Source of the DNA: Rhynchopus sp. YZ270_cl-10
Lineage: Eukaryota
Assembly: GCA_964035575.1 (NCBI GenBank)
Contig: OZ037845.1
Span: forward strand, 1,736,001 to 1,758,200
Direction: 5' to 3'
Length of the DNA: 22,200 nt
Shown here: piece after piece, positions 1 through 11,015 of the stretch
Layout: the number at the start of each line of letters is the position of its first letter
How positions within the stretch are numbered: the first letter of the stretch is position 1
Position numbers and translations under genes: made by a program
Notes under the pieces: generated by a model
Told to the model about the DNA's origin: nothing
Databases searched by the model: none
What the model saw: the letters and a program-made list of their open reading frames with translations, nothing else

Positions 1-184
1 TTTGCCCTGTCTTTCCCGCATTTTTGTGTGAACCAAAAAAGAAGCCATTTTTTTTGAATGCCCCCCTCTCTCGTTCACCCCTCCACAACTACCTACAAAG
101 GGGGGAGCATCGTATCGTGTACTCTCTTTCTCTCCCTCTCTCCCTTTTGGGGATTTACACAAAGCCCCCCTTTTTTTCACTTTT

Positions 185-202
185 TTGGTTTTTATTTTGC
201 AG
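185..202 (+). promoter_or_regulatory. Candidate trans-splice (or 5'UTR) acceptor upstream of kinesin ATG
   Basis: T-rich tract ending TTTTGCAG, 11 nt before ATG 214. Confidence 0.5.
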
Positions 203-213
203 CGAATGTGACG

Positions 214-3025
214 ATGGAAAAGAATGCTACCAATGTTCAGGTTTTGGTGCGATGTCGGCCACGGCTGCCGCACGAGGAGGACGCTGCGTGCGGCTTGGTG
301 AACTGTGAGGACAAAGCAGTTCGTGTGCAGTACGGGACGGGTACAGACAAGGTCTTCTCGTTCGACCGCGTTGTGGACGGCCATGCAGCACAGGAAGATG
401 TGTTCGAGTTTTCATCGCCCCTGATCGACCACTCGCTTGACGGGCTGCACGCAACCATATTCGCATACGGCCAGACCGGTGCAGGCAAGACTTTCACTAT
501 GGAGGGCTTCGACTACCACGGTGGCAGCGTCGAGGCCAGCCAGCGCCTCCGCCCCGTCATGTCCACAGCAAAACACAAGCACGGTGTCATCCCCCGTGCT
601 ATCGAAGCCGTCTTCGACAGGTCCGTGCAGAGGATGCAGCGCAACCCACGCGTCAAGTATAAGGTATGCGGTAGGATGTAGATCTAAAAATTATGCAACA
701 AACAACAGATCAAAATCTCATACTACCAAATCTACAATGAGCGTGTAACGGACCTTCTGAATGTGCAGTGGAAGAAAGACAAGACGGACAAAGGAGGGCT
801 CCGTATCCGTTGGCATAAGGTATGTGTGTTTCCAAAGTTCACTCTATTTCTCTGTTTTTTCTTCTATGTGACACAATACAGAATAATACGTTTTACGTCG
901 AAAATTTGTTTATTTTTGAGGTAGAATCTGCGGCGCAGGCTCGCGAGCTGTTCTCCACAGGGGTGAAGAGCAAGGCAATGGGGAGCCACCAGATGAACCT
1001 CCAGTCGAGCCGATCGCATTCCGTGTTTACTATTTACATTGAGAGCTGGGACACACAGGTATGTCTTCTGTTTTGTGAGTTGTTTCCCACCTCCCTCCTC
1101 AGGCACCCGAATGTCTCATCAAGAGCGAGCTCACGTTGGTCGATCTCGCAGGATCAGAAAAGCTGACGCTGATGTCGAAGAACCCTTCGCAAAAGCTGCT
1201 GCAGGAGAGCATCGATATCAACGCGTCGCTGCTTGCCTTGGGTAAGGTCATCAGTGCCTTGGGAGAGAAATCCTCGAAGCAGCACATCCCGTACAGAGAC
1301 TCGAAGCTCACAAAGCTGCTGAAGCATGCGCTGGGAGGGAACAGTCTGACCCTCATGATCGCCTGCATCAACCCGTGCGACGCTTATGTGGAGGAGACCG
1401 TGTCGACGCTGTTCTACTCAGGGCGTGCACGCAACATCCGAAACGACCCGCGTGTGAATGAGGACAGCAAGACGTCGCTCATAAAAGCATTGCGCGCAGA
1501 GATCGCATCGCTCAAGATGGAGCTCAGCCACTTCCGCAAGATAGCAATGGACGGCACTGCCGCCACAGCGCCACAGAGCGGCAGTGCCGTCGCAGGGTCG
1601 GGCACTGCACCCACACGGCCAGCGCAGGACCCGATATCCTTTGAAGGGCGCCCGCACACAGCAGGCGACCTGGACCAGTCGCGGGAGGTGGTCTTCCTGG
1701 GCGAGAAGCTTGTCGACAGTGTCAAGATGCTGAAAGAGATCATCATGGTGAACGGACAGCTGCGCGAGGCTGTGGATGAGATGGGTTACAAAGGGGCGGA
1801 CACTGACGTGAATCTTTCGCAACTCAATGAAGAGAACATCCAGCTGCGTGAGCGCATTGAGCTGCTGGAGTCGATTGTGATGCAGGACGACGAGGCTGGT
1901 GGCGGTGGCGGTGGCGGTGGCAGTGGTGCAGCTGCCAAGCAAGCAGCCCAAGCGAAGAAGCGCCCCCTTCAGAGCAGCACCCACAAACCTGTCGAGGCTG
2001 CCGTTCCGCCACCTGCACAAACAGCAACGACACGCACCGCCAAGGCTGCCCCAAACAAGTCCGGCCGCAAAGCACTGGAACGCTACCGTACACGTTACAA
2101 GCAGCCGAAGCTGCCCAGCTACACTGACTACTACTCCGTTGCAGCGACGCGAACGCGAAGCTCGAAGGGAGACATGAAAGGGCAGGGCAGCACTTCGCGT
2201 GCTTTTGAGGGGTTGAAACTGAAGCAGAGCCAGCCGCTCTTCACGCGGAGGTCGGTTGACAGCAGTGCACAGGGCCTGCAGGTATGACTACTGCCACCAC
2301 GCTTCTCCCCATTAGACCCTTTTATCCTCTCATTGCCCACCCCTCCTATCAGAGTGCCGCTGCTATGGCGTTAGAGTTTTCAAAGATGCAGCCACAGTCT
2401 GTGGCGAGAAGTTCGAGTTTCAAAGCAGCGTCGCAACATCAGCAGCAAGGGTCGAGCACTGCAGGCGGTGCTTCTAACGCGTCTGCAGACTCAGAGTTGG
2501 AGCAGCGGCGTCGTGCTCGCACACAGCGCGCGGCACAGCTGGAGGCGCAGCACCGTGCACTGCAACAGCGCCTTGTGGCAGGGGGTGGCGCCTTCTCGCA
2601 GTCTTTCACACCGCCATCGCTAGTGCCACAGGTGCCGCCTTCTCAGCCACACAGCTCCGTACGACGCTCCTCAGAGGTATGCACAGCATGAGGAAGAACG
2701 TCGTTTTATTGTCAGTTTAGATGCAGGGGCTGCTTGGTTGAGATGCACTCAGGTGGGGGGGGGGGGGTGTGTTTCAACAAATGGAGCACTTCCGTTGCCT
2801 CGAACATTTTCACATTTCCCATTGTATCGCCAAAATTATCTGAGTGTACGTGAGTTAAAAGTGCAGCAGCGTACACCTTCTGTTTTTGTCAACTTATCAA
2901 CGTCACTTTTGTCACAGCAAGGACACGACGGCGCCCTGAGCCAAGAGGAGGCTAGCATGTACTTCTCAGCAGAGCAGCTTTCTATCATAAACCGTCGGAA
3001 GCAAATGGAAAACTCGCGTGGTTAA
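214..3025 (+). CDS. N-terminal-motor kinesin, kinesin-16/KIF12-like; spliced exons 214-663, 709-819, 882-1058, 1103-2281, 2353-2676, 2918-3025 (last junction less certain)
   Basis: Motor motifs assemble in frame across GT-AG introns: VRCRP, FSFDRV, P-loop GQTGAGKT, YYQIYNERVTDLL, switch I SSRSH, switch II LVDLAGSE, HIPYRDSKLTKLL. A coiled-coil and low-complexity tail follows. LRIRWHK-NNTFYVENL resembles kinesin-16/KIF12 (from memory, not searched). Confidence 0.92.
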
Positions 3026-3497
3026 GAAGGTTAACATGGGGGGTAAAGAAGCTCCGAATTGCATCGTTTATTTTCTTCTCTTTTGTTTTTTTTTTGCGTC
3101 CTTTCCAACACACTTTCCTTTTGTTTGTCATAACCTTCCCACCTCCCCTACCTAGCCCTCGACGCCCTATTTACGTTTAAAGGTGTCTTCCCTCATTTTG
3201 TTCTAAAGATTTGTGTGTGTGTGTGTGTGCCCCCCCCCGGCCTCACATCTTTCAAGTCTTCTTCCTTATTTTTTTCCTCCGTTTCTCAGATAATAGTTCA
3301 GACTTATTAACGCCGCGCCCTTTTTTTTTAAAGTACTTTCCAATAAAAAAAATCCTTTGTCTCTTTCCCCTTTCCCTTTGGGGGTTCCCCTCATGGAAAT
3401 CTACAGAAATTCCTTCACATCCCTCAAATTTGAAGGATTTTTACGGGTTTTGCTAAAGCCTTCATTCATCCCTTAGGCATATTACACGACACCCAAA

Positions 3498-4951
3498 ATG
3501 CCTGGAAAAAAGGACAAAAAGAAAAAGCAGGACCCAGAGCCAGAGCCTGTGAAGCCTGAAGATGCTGAGTACGACAGAGAGTCGCTTAAGGTGAAGATTT
3601 CGACATATGAAATGCGAATTATACGTCTGCACAAAGAGAACGGCGAGCTGCGAGACAAGGCAGAGAAGGCGGTCAAGGACATGAAGGAAAGCACGTCGCA
3701 GTCGCTAGAGATGTTTCAACGCCTGACCGACAAGATGGATGCAAAGGATCGTGACATAGGCCGCATGCGCACAGAAATGGCTGCAGCAGAAGAAGACAAA
3801 GGCAAGCTAGAGCAGGACCTCCGCAACCAAATAACAGCCGAAAAGGAGGAAAGCGAAGTCATGCGCGAGAAGTTCACCAACGAAGCCAGCGAGCTGCAGC
3901 AGAAGCTTGACGAAGTCATCCAGTTCCGCCAGCAGAAAGACTCAATGACGAAAAAGGTATACAAACAAAACCACAAATCGAAATAACACTGAACATGACA
4001 GATTGACAACCTTGAAGACGAATTAGCCGAAAACAAGGCGAAACATGCAGCCGAAATCGAACGTCTGCAGGAGGTACACAAAGAGGACCGTGAAGCACTG
4101 CGAAACGACATGATCAACAAGTGGCGCAAGACACGCCTAGAGGTGTATAAGCTGACAGAAGACCACCTCCAAACGAAGACACAGCAGACCATCCAAGAGA
4201 ACGAGAAGCTCACACGTGACCTTGACACCTACGCACGAGAGGCGCGCGAGATGATGAAGCACAACGTGCGCCTCAAGGAGGAGAACTCGTCCCTCAAGCG
4301 CTCCCTAGAAATTGAGCAGCGCAGTGTGAGCGAGCTCATGAAGAAGAGCCAACAGCAGCAGCGTGCCATCAAGACTCTTGTGCAGAAGATCAAAACCTTC
4401 GAAGAAATGTACAAACAAGTCAAAGGCGACAACGACTCTGAAAAGGCCAACCGCATTATCGGGCTTGGTGAGACCATCGACAACCAGTACGATGTGATCC
4501 TTGACCTCAAACGTGAATTGGTATGTCTCCAATAAAACACTGCCGCACACACGCATCACAGGATGAAGTTACCACACGGTTAGAATCACAGCAACGCGAG
4601 TATGAAGATAAGATGCTTTCGTACCGACGACGCGAAGATGGGTTGACTGACACACAACGCTTCTTGATACAGTGTTCAGAGGACGTGAAGAAGCAAGCCT
4701 CTGTCGTGAAAGGGACAAACATGCTCACCCTTTCCGGCTCTGATGCGGCTGAGGCGGTGTCCTATCTCAAGAAACGTCTTGATGGATTTGAGTCGGGTTT
4801 CTGCCCGCGCCCACCTGCCATCGACCTTTCGAACAACCACACCGCCCGCCACACGAAGCTCGACAACGACATTGGTTCGCCACCCAAGATCCTTGACCAC
4901 ACACCCCTGCCGGTGCTGTCCCCCTCTTCTGCCGCTGTGGTGCAGGGGTAG
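3498..4951 (+). CDS. CFAP157: Cilia/flagella-associated coiled-coil protein, CFAP157-like; exons 3498-3956, 4002-4520, 4562-4951
   Basis: Lys-rich start (MPGKKDKKKK) and continuous heptads. KLDEVIQFRQQKDSM, EDREALRNDMI and TKTQQTIQENEKL parallel the CFAP157/BBOF1 pattern as recalled. Two phase-0 introns (3957-4001, 4521-4561) join three ORFs. Confidence 0.72.
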
Positions 4952-5040
4952 CGACTCTAGCTTTCTTTTACTGCATTTTCCGCTACTTTCTGAGACGTAC
5001 AAATTATACAAAAAGAAAGACGCATAATTATTTTGGATCC

Positions 5041-5092
5041 TCCCCATTTCCCCCACCTCCTCTCCCCACCCCACCCCACCCTCACTCTCCAG
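5041..5092 (+). promoter_or_regulatory. Candidate trans-splice acceptor upstream of the EF-hand kinase
   Basis: About 50 nt of pyrimidine-rich tract ending CTCCAG, 5 nt before ATG 5098, in a 146-nt intergenic gap. Confidence 0.55.
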
Positions 5093-5097
5093 GTGCA

Positions 5098-7192
5098 ATG
5101 TCCAGCTCATACAAGAGCCACGCGCAAAGAATCTTTCAAGTCGTCGACAAAGACGGCAATGGACGGATAAGCTCATCAGAGCTTGAGAGAGCGTTGAGAG
5201 ATTCTAACATTAAAAGAGAACTTCGGTGGCCGGGGACAAGCGAACAACTGTTGCAGCTCCTTGCGCCATGTGGCGGCTCACTCACCATGGACATGTTGTC
5301 CCGGTATTACGAAGTGCTGGAGCTGTTCTCGCTTATTGACGACAACAACAGCGGGCGGGTGAGTCCGTACGAATTGAAGCACGCACTCCAGACAAACAGC
5401 ATTGTCAGGGACAAGCTTGCAGTGCCCGCGCACCTTGCACCTACGCTCTTCAGTCAAATTGACACCAACGGCTCCGGGGCAGTGTCGTTCGTGGAGTTTT
5501 TCAGACATTTCACAGCAGCCCCCCTCTCTAAGCCGTTCCGACCTCTGGGCAACTACGGGGCAATAACAGAGTCGATTTTCTGCAAAATTGACACTGACAA
5601 AAGCGGCTCAATCACAAAAGACGAGTTTGTGAAGGCTTTGAAAGAGGACCGTGAGGTGCAGCTTGAACTTGGATGGCCAGCACACATGGCAGAACAGCTA
5701 TTCTCCTTTCTCGACAGAGACAAGAGCGGTGATGTATGTATTTTTTTTTGCTTTATTTATGGGTCTCAAAGCTCCTCTCTGCAAACCCGTCGTTTGGCAC
5801 ATCCTGGGATCGGTGCGTCTGTGCAGTACTTCCTTTAGAGTACAGTCCTCTTTGTTTCTTGCTGTCAACGCCGGTCGTACGGCTTCCACATCCCTTTTAC
5901 CCAAAACAGGTTTCCCGCGACGAGTTTACGCTTTTCTGCCGCGCCCAGTGGCTGTTCAACAACATCGACGTGAACAGGTCTGGGTACATAGACGCATACG
6001 AGCTTGGTGTTGCTTTGGCGGTATGATCTCTTTTGTTTGGCCCTTTCAACACTCTCTGACCCCACAGAAGCCCGAAATGCAAAAAGAGCTGAACATACAG
6101 GCGCACAAGGCGAAGGAGGTGTTCATGAAGATGGACCACGACGGGTATGTGCAACGTTTTCTTCTCTTTCTCCATACTGTCACTTCAACAGGTCCGGTAT
6201 GGTCAAGTTTTCAGAGTTCTATCGGTGGTTGGCAAGGTCAAAAAGGTCTGGGGCGGGTGTGCAGGCAGGAGGGTACTCAGGGCAGGAGAAGGTGGAGCCA
6301 CGGAGGGTGCCGCAGAGGAAGAACGACCAGTACACTAACATGAAGAAGATTGGGGAGGGGACGTTTGGGGACGTGCACCTCTGCCAGCACTACTCCGGCG
6401 AGAAGCTCATCAAGAAGGTGCCGAAGCTGCAGCCAAACGAGTCGAAAACGCAGTTCAAACAACGCATGGAAGAGGTCCTCCTGGAGGCCAAGATGCTCGA
6501 GTCCTACAAGCACCCGAACATCGTGCGCTACGTGGACTCTTACTGGGAGGAGCTGGGGGGGAGAAACGCTATCATCATCATCACCGAGTTCTGCACCGGC
6601 GGAGACCTTCGCGCCTTCATGAAGCACACCGCAAACAAAGGGGGCATCAAACGGATCCAAGTAGAGGAGATTTTCTACCAGGTATTTGAGTTTGCGATTT
6701 TTGTTTTGTTTCGCCTTTATATATTTTTGCACATCAAAACATTTCCCACAACAGATGTGCTCTGCGATTGAATTCCTGCACAGAGGCCGCCTTCTTCATC
6801 GCGACTTGAAACCTGACAACGTTTTCTTGACGGGGCGCCCGGAGAAACCTATTATCAAAATAGGTGACTTTGGGCTTGTGAAGCAAATGGACTCACAGCA
6901 GAACACTGCGATGACGATGTGTGGTACCATGCTTTACATGGCACCAGAAATCCTGAAGGGTAACGGGTACGGGATGCCCAACGACGTGTGGGCGTTGGGG
7001 TGCATCCTCTACGAACTGGCGCTCTGCAACGGGAGTCTTGCGTTCCGTACTGTTGCGGACGTTGTGAACGTGAAGTTCCCCACACATTGCCCGTCTTGGT
7101 GTGAGGAGCCCCTCAAAGCAATCCTCCGCGAGGATGCGAAGAAACGCCCTACCGTCGGAGATCTGAAGAGGATCTTCGCACCACGGGGGTAG
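5098..7192 (+). CDS. Multi-EF-hand protein fused to a C-terminal NEK-like Ser/Thr kinase; exons 5098-5733, 5910-6020, 6068-6144, 6192-6681, 6755-7192
   Basis: Seven EF loops (DKDGNGRISSSE, DDNNSGRVSPYE, DTNGSGAVSFVE, DTDKSGSITKDE, DRDKSGD|VSRDE, DVNRSGYIDAYE, DHDG|SGMVKFSE), two completed only by splicing. Kinase motifs: IGEGTFG, HPNIVRY, EFCTGGDL, HRDLKPDN, DFG, GTMLYMAPE, DVWALGC. Confidence 0.9.
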
Positions 7193-7925
7193 GTCAGAAG
7201 GAGGTAGGGGAAACGGGTTTTGTCCGTTTTGAAGTCTTTCGGGGTGGGACACTTTGTTTTGTTTTGTAACAAGCATTTTATTTTGTTCGTTCGGAGTTTT
7301 TTTGGTCGCAAACAAAAAAAAAAATATTCAGTAGGAAAACGTGGTATTGGGGTGGGGTGTCTTCGTTGAATGTGCAGGCAGTTTTGCGCATGAAAATGAA
7401 TTGACACATTTGTAAAAAGTTTGTGAAATAATTTTTTTTTTTGCCACGCCCTTTGAAAAGCATAGCTTGCTTAGCGCGAGCGCAGCTCTACCAGAGGTAT
7501 CTAAAGTGAGAAAAAAAAATCGGCAAAAAAAAAAAAAATGTTATTTTTTATTTGTGCAGTGGATATTTTGCCTTTGAAAGAAATGCAGGTCTGCTTTTTT
7601 GTCTTCCCCCCCTTTTGTAGCTACTGGTACCCATATTGTAAGCGAATAAATAATTAATCTGTGGGGCACATACTCCTATTAGGGGGATGGTCAAAAACAA
7701 CACGAGATAAAGGAAATAGCGGCCCACATAAAACACTCGTACACCAACTATGTGCTTTGGTTGTTCTTACCCTGTTGCGTTTCAGTTTACCCCTAAAAGT
7801 CTGTTTGCTGTGGGACGGAGCCCGTTTCGGGGGTTTTTACCACAGAGGGGTGAGTGTCACCGACACACACCCGCGTCTCAGACGTTTCTATTTGTTCCTA
7901 TCTTTATCACGCAACAAAAAGCCCC

Positions 7926-7938
7926 CCTTTTTTTTGTG

Positions 7939-7967
<29 letters not shown>
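7926..7967. repeat. Poly-T tract
   Basis: Almost pure T run in the intergenic region. Confidence 0.85.
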
Positions 7968-7971
<4 letters not shown>

Positions 7972-8813
7972 CGAAGTTCAACGTAGTTGTGTTTTTGGGT
8001 CACGCACAAAAACCCCCCAGTAGGGTCCCCCCACCCTCTTCTTAAAACCCAATGTCTCTCTCCTTCGTATTCTGTTATTTTTTACTAGCTTATACAAAGT
8101 TTTGCTCTTCGTTGCATTGTGTAGGAAAGCAATTTTTTTTTTGGGGGGGACGCTCAGTGAGCAACTTAGGGTATTTCAAACTTCCCTACACTTTTCCCAT
8201 CAGGTTTGAATTGAATTGAACGTACATCTTGCAAAGTCGTGTCAACATTACACTTGATTAGTTTCCCCAACAACCCCTAGACCCACCCTAACGGTGGCAA
8301 ATCGGCAGAGATAAAGCAACGATGTGTGTCGTTGCCACTCTCATACAATACACCGTGTGGGTACGAAGATGCACGTTCCCCCTGCTTCCCGCACGATAAC
8401 GATAGTGGTAAAGATGAGTGTGTGCACGAGACACATTCATCTGACAAGTTTTTCTTCCCTTGCCCCGTGTATATTTGTCTTCTTTTTGCTGAACAAGTCA
8501 ACCCTTGTCGGCTAAGGTATGTTTTGATAGCGGTCAGAAGGGAAGTTGGGGGGATGGGTGGGGGGGAAACGACGCCCCGTTTCGTTAGCGATTTAGTGTT
8601 TTTTTTTTGTCTTCCAATGCAAAAGTCTTTCAGGAAACCAGTAGATTGGTAAACCTCACAACCCCTTTGCCTCTTTCAGGCAACGTAAAATAAACAAAAT
8701 AAATAAATGGAAAAAGGAAGATGCAGACGACAAACGATCCCCCTTTTTTCTTTGTGAAATATATCGCCCACCTACAATGAGCTCTCTTCAAAACAGGAGG
8801 GGGAAATATAACT

Positions 8814-9395
8814 ATGTCGGTGTTACTCTTTGTGTTCGACACGATGCAGACTGGGTATGCGAACAGCATGTTCCTGCAGGGTTCCACGTTGAAAGGGGAG
8901 GCAGAAACAGTTGCGAAATGGAGGCTTCTCCACTGTGATGGGGAGATCAAGGCCCTTCGTGGGGATGTGTCCACTTTGAAGGGGGAGGTATGCACATGTT
9001 CTTGAAATTTTATCCATGTTTAAACCCTCCAATCGCAGGTTTATGAAATCAGTGAGGACACTGTGCAAAACTTTGACGCAATGGAGAGCACTGCCGCTAG
9101 CCCACCAAAAGCTGTCCGCGAGCAAGTCCAGGTCACAGTGGGAGGAGCACCGTGCACTGCGTGGATGTACATCTCTCTCCTGCCCGAAGAAGAGGCTGAG
9201 GACTGGGACATTGTGCACTGTGGGCGTGTGCAAGCTGTCATCGTGCCGGATGAGGATGAGGACAACGAGGAAGGTGGCAAGGCTGCAGCGTCGGGGCTTG
9301 CGATGATGATGGGGGTGACGGATGCGTTTGAGGAGGACGAGGAGGAGGAGGAAGACATGGGGGAGCCGGGGTCCAAACGTCAGCGGTGTAACTGA
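8814..9395 (+). CDS. AIG2/gamma-glutamylcyclotransferase-fold protein with acidic tail; exons 8814-8987, 9039-9395
   Basis: Splicing out 8988-9038 gives LFVFDTM..G..N, KGE|VYEI, NFDAME and AWMY, matching the GGCT/AIG2 pattern FVYGTL..G..N / GEVY / LDxLE / AWxY. The tail is Asp/Glu-rich and ends in basic SKRQR. Confidence 0.75.
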
Positions 9396-9572
9396 AAATT
9401 TTGTGAGAGTAGCGTAATGTGAGTAACGGCAAAGCTCCATTTGCCATAGAAAAAAAAGTTCTATTTAGGATTTCGGGCAGAGAACATCAGAGTCACTATC
9501 TCAGCCCACCAACCCACCACAGATTTACACAACACTTACACTTGTCGTCTCTGAAGGGACACACTGAAGAGG

Positions 9573-10565
9573 ATGGCGGGGCTGCACATGATGCAGCCCC
9601 TTCTTGCTGTGCGCATAAAGGATGGCATTTTCATCGGGAACGCGGCAGCATCACGCGATGCAGCGTTCATATCTATGAACAAAATCACGCACGTGATCAA
9701 CTGCGCTGCTATTGAAGCTGGGAACATGTTCCACACCTGCGGTATCCGTTATTTGACACTTCACTGGCGAGATGTGCCCGGGGTGACAGCCCTTGACAAC
9801 ACCACGTGCAAGCAGATAAAAGAGTTTATCGAGGTTGCAGACGAAAAAGGTGAATGCGTGCTGATCCACTCGATGAACGGGATGAACAGATGTTGTTTGG
9901 CACTTGGTGCATATCTCATTTCAAAGTACAAATGGAATTACGATATGGTCATGTCTTACATGTCTGTGGCTCACCCGCCGATGAAAATAAAACCGCACTT
10001 CACGCGCCAGCTGCGTGCGCTGTCAAAGCGTGTTGGCATTGCACCTCAAAGTACTCACCTGCGCAATCCTTCTTTTCAGGCAGAGAAGGACGTGCTCCAG
10101 AACAGCCATCTGAACGCACTCCTCATTTCTCATCCTTCCAATGCGGCACTGCAGCGTCACATCTTCGAATATGAGACTCGCCGGAATGCCACAGCTCGGC
10201 CTGCAGTCCGAAAGTTGTCCTTTGGGGATATCGAAATAGAGAGTGAGAACGACATTCCTAAGAGGTACAGACCGGAACAATCCTGCAAGGGAATTCTGAA
10301 GACACAGCCGACTTCAGTGATTTCACAGACAGTGCAGAAACAACACAAAGTGGAACGCAAACGCAGTCCCTCGGTCACGAAGAAGGTTAACTTCAAGCAG
10401 CGATTGTATGAAGATCTAGCCCGCGGGGAGGACGCCACACAGACAGGAAATGCCATATCACTGTGTGCCATAGGCCTGATGCTTTCTGACAGTCGCATAT
10501 CAGCAGTCGCCCAGCAACGCAAGAGACTCAGGCAACCTCGTCGTGCAGTGCACACAGCTGCCTGA
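9573..10565 (+). CDS. Dual-specificity phosphatase-like protein, probable pseudophosphatase
   Basis: DSP fold motifs IKDGIFIGN, ITHVINCA and FTRQL. The active-site loop reads VLIHSMNGMNR instead of HCxxGxxR. Confidence 0.85.
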   Translation: MAGLHMMQPLLAVRIKDGIFIGNAAASRDAAFISMNKITHVINCAAIEAGNMFHTCGIRYLTLHWRDVPGVTALDNTTCKQIKEFIEVADEKGECVLIHSMNGMNRCCLALGAYLISKYKWNYDMVMSYMSVAHPPMKIKPHFTRQLRALSKRVGIAPQSTHLRNPSFQAEKDVLQNSHLNALLISHPSNAALQRHIFEYETRRNATARPAVRKLSFGDIEIESENDIPKRYRPEQSCKGILKTQPTSVISQTVQKQHKVERKRSPSVTKKVNFKQRLYEDLARGEDATQTGNAISLCAIGLMLSDSRISAVAQQRKRLRQPRRAVHTAA

Positions 10566-11015
10566 TCCGTCTTTCTTTCCTCGAATTCACACCCAATATT
10601 TGCCTTGTTTTCTATTAGTCTTATCACGCACTTCCTTGACAGGTCGTGCTTGGTTATGCTCCATTTCTTCTGTATCGTCTGTGGTGCCTGCATCAATAAC
10701 AACCATGACACTGATAAAAAAAACGTGTACCCCTACTTCATTTACACTCCCCATTCCAGACATTTTAATGTTCTGCTTAGTGCAGGTCTTAGTGGTCTCA
10801 CATCAACACACAACATCTGCAGTGCTTTTGCCCTGTTTTTCGAGTCCTGCGGTTCCACAGAATTTCTGCTGCTCATATTTTCCTTTTCCACACCACCCCC
10901 GCAAAACAGATTATTTATACACTCAAAGTCATAGTTTTTAAGAACCACTAAGACAAGTTAAGCCAGCGAGACACACCCATACACCGAGACGTACCCTACG
11001 GAGACAGGCGACACG

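Noticed and set aside
58..213. N-terminal extension of the kinesin from ATG 58
   Set aside because: It translates pyrimidine tracts upstream of an acceptor-like AG at 201-202; ATG 214 sits just before the first motor strand.
2701..2760. Alternative short terminal or internal kinesin exon after AG at 2715 or 2720
   Set aside because: AG 2720 gives an early stop and AG 2715 gives an unconvincing peptide. The 2918 acceptor gives a cleaner in-frame ending, though this is unresolved without RNA data.
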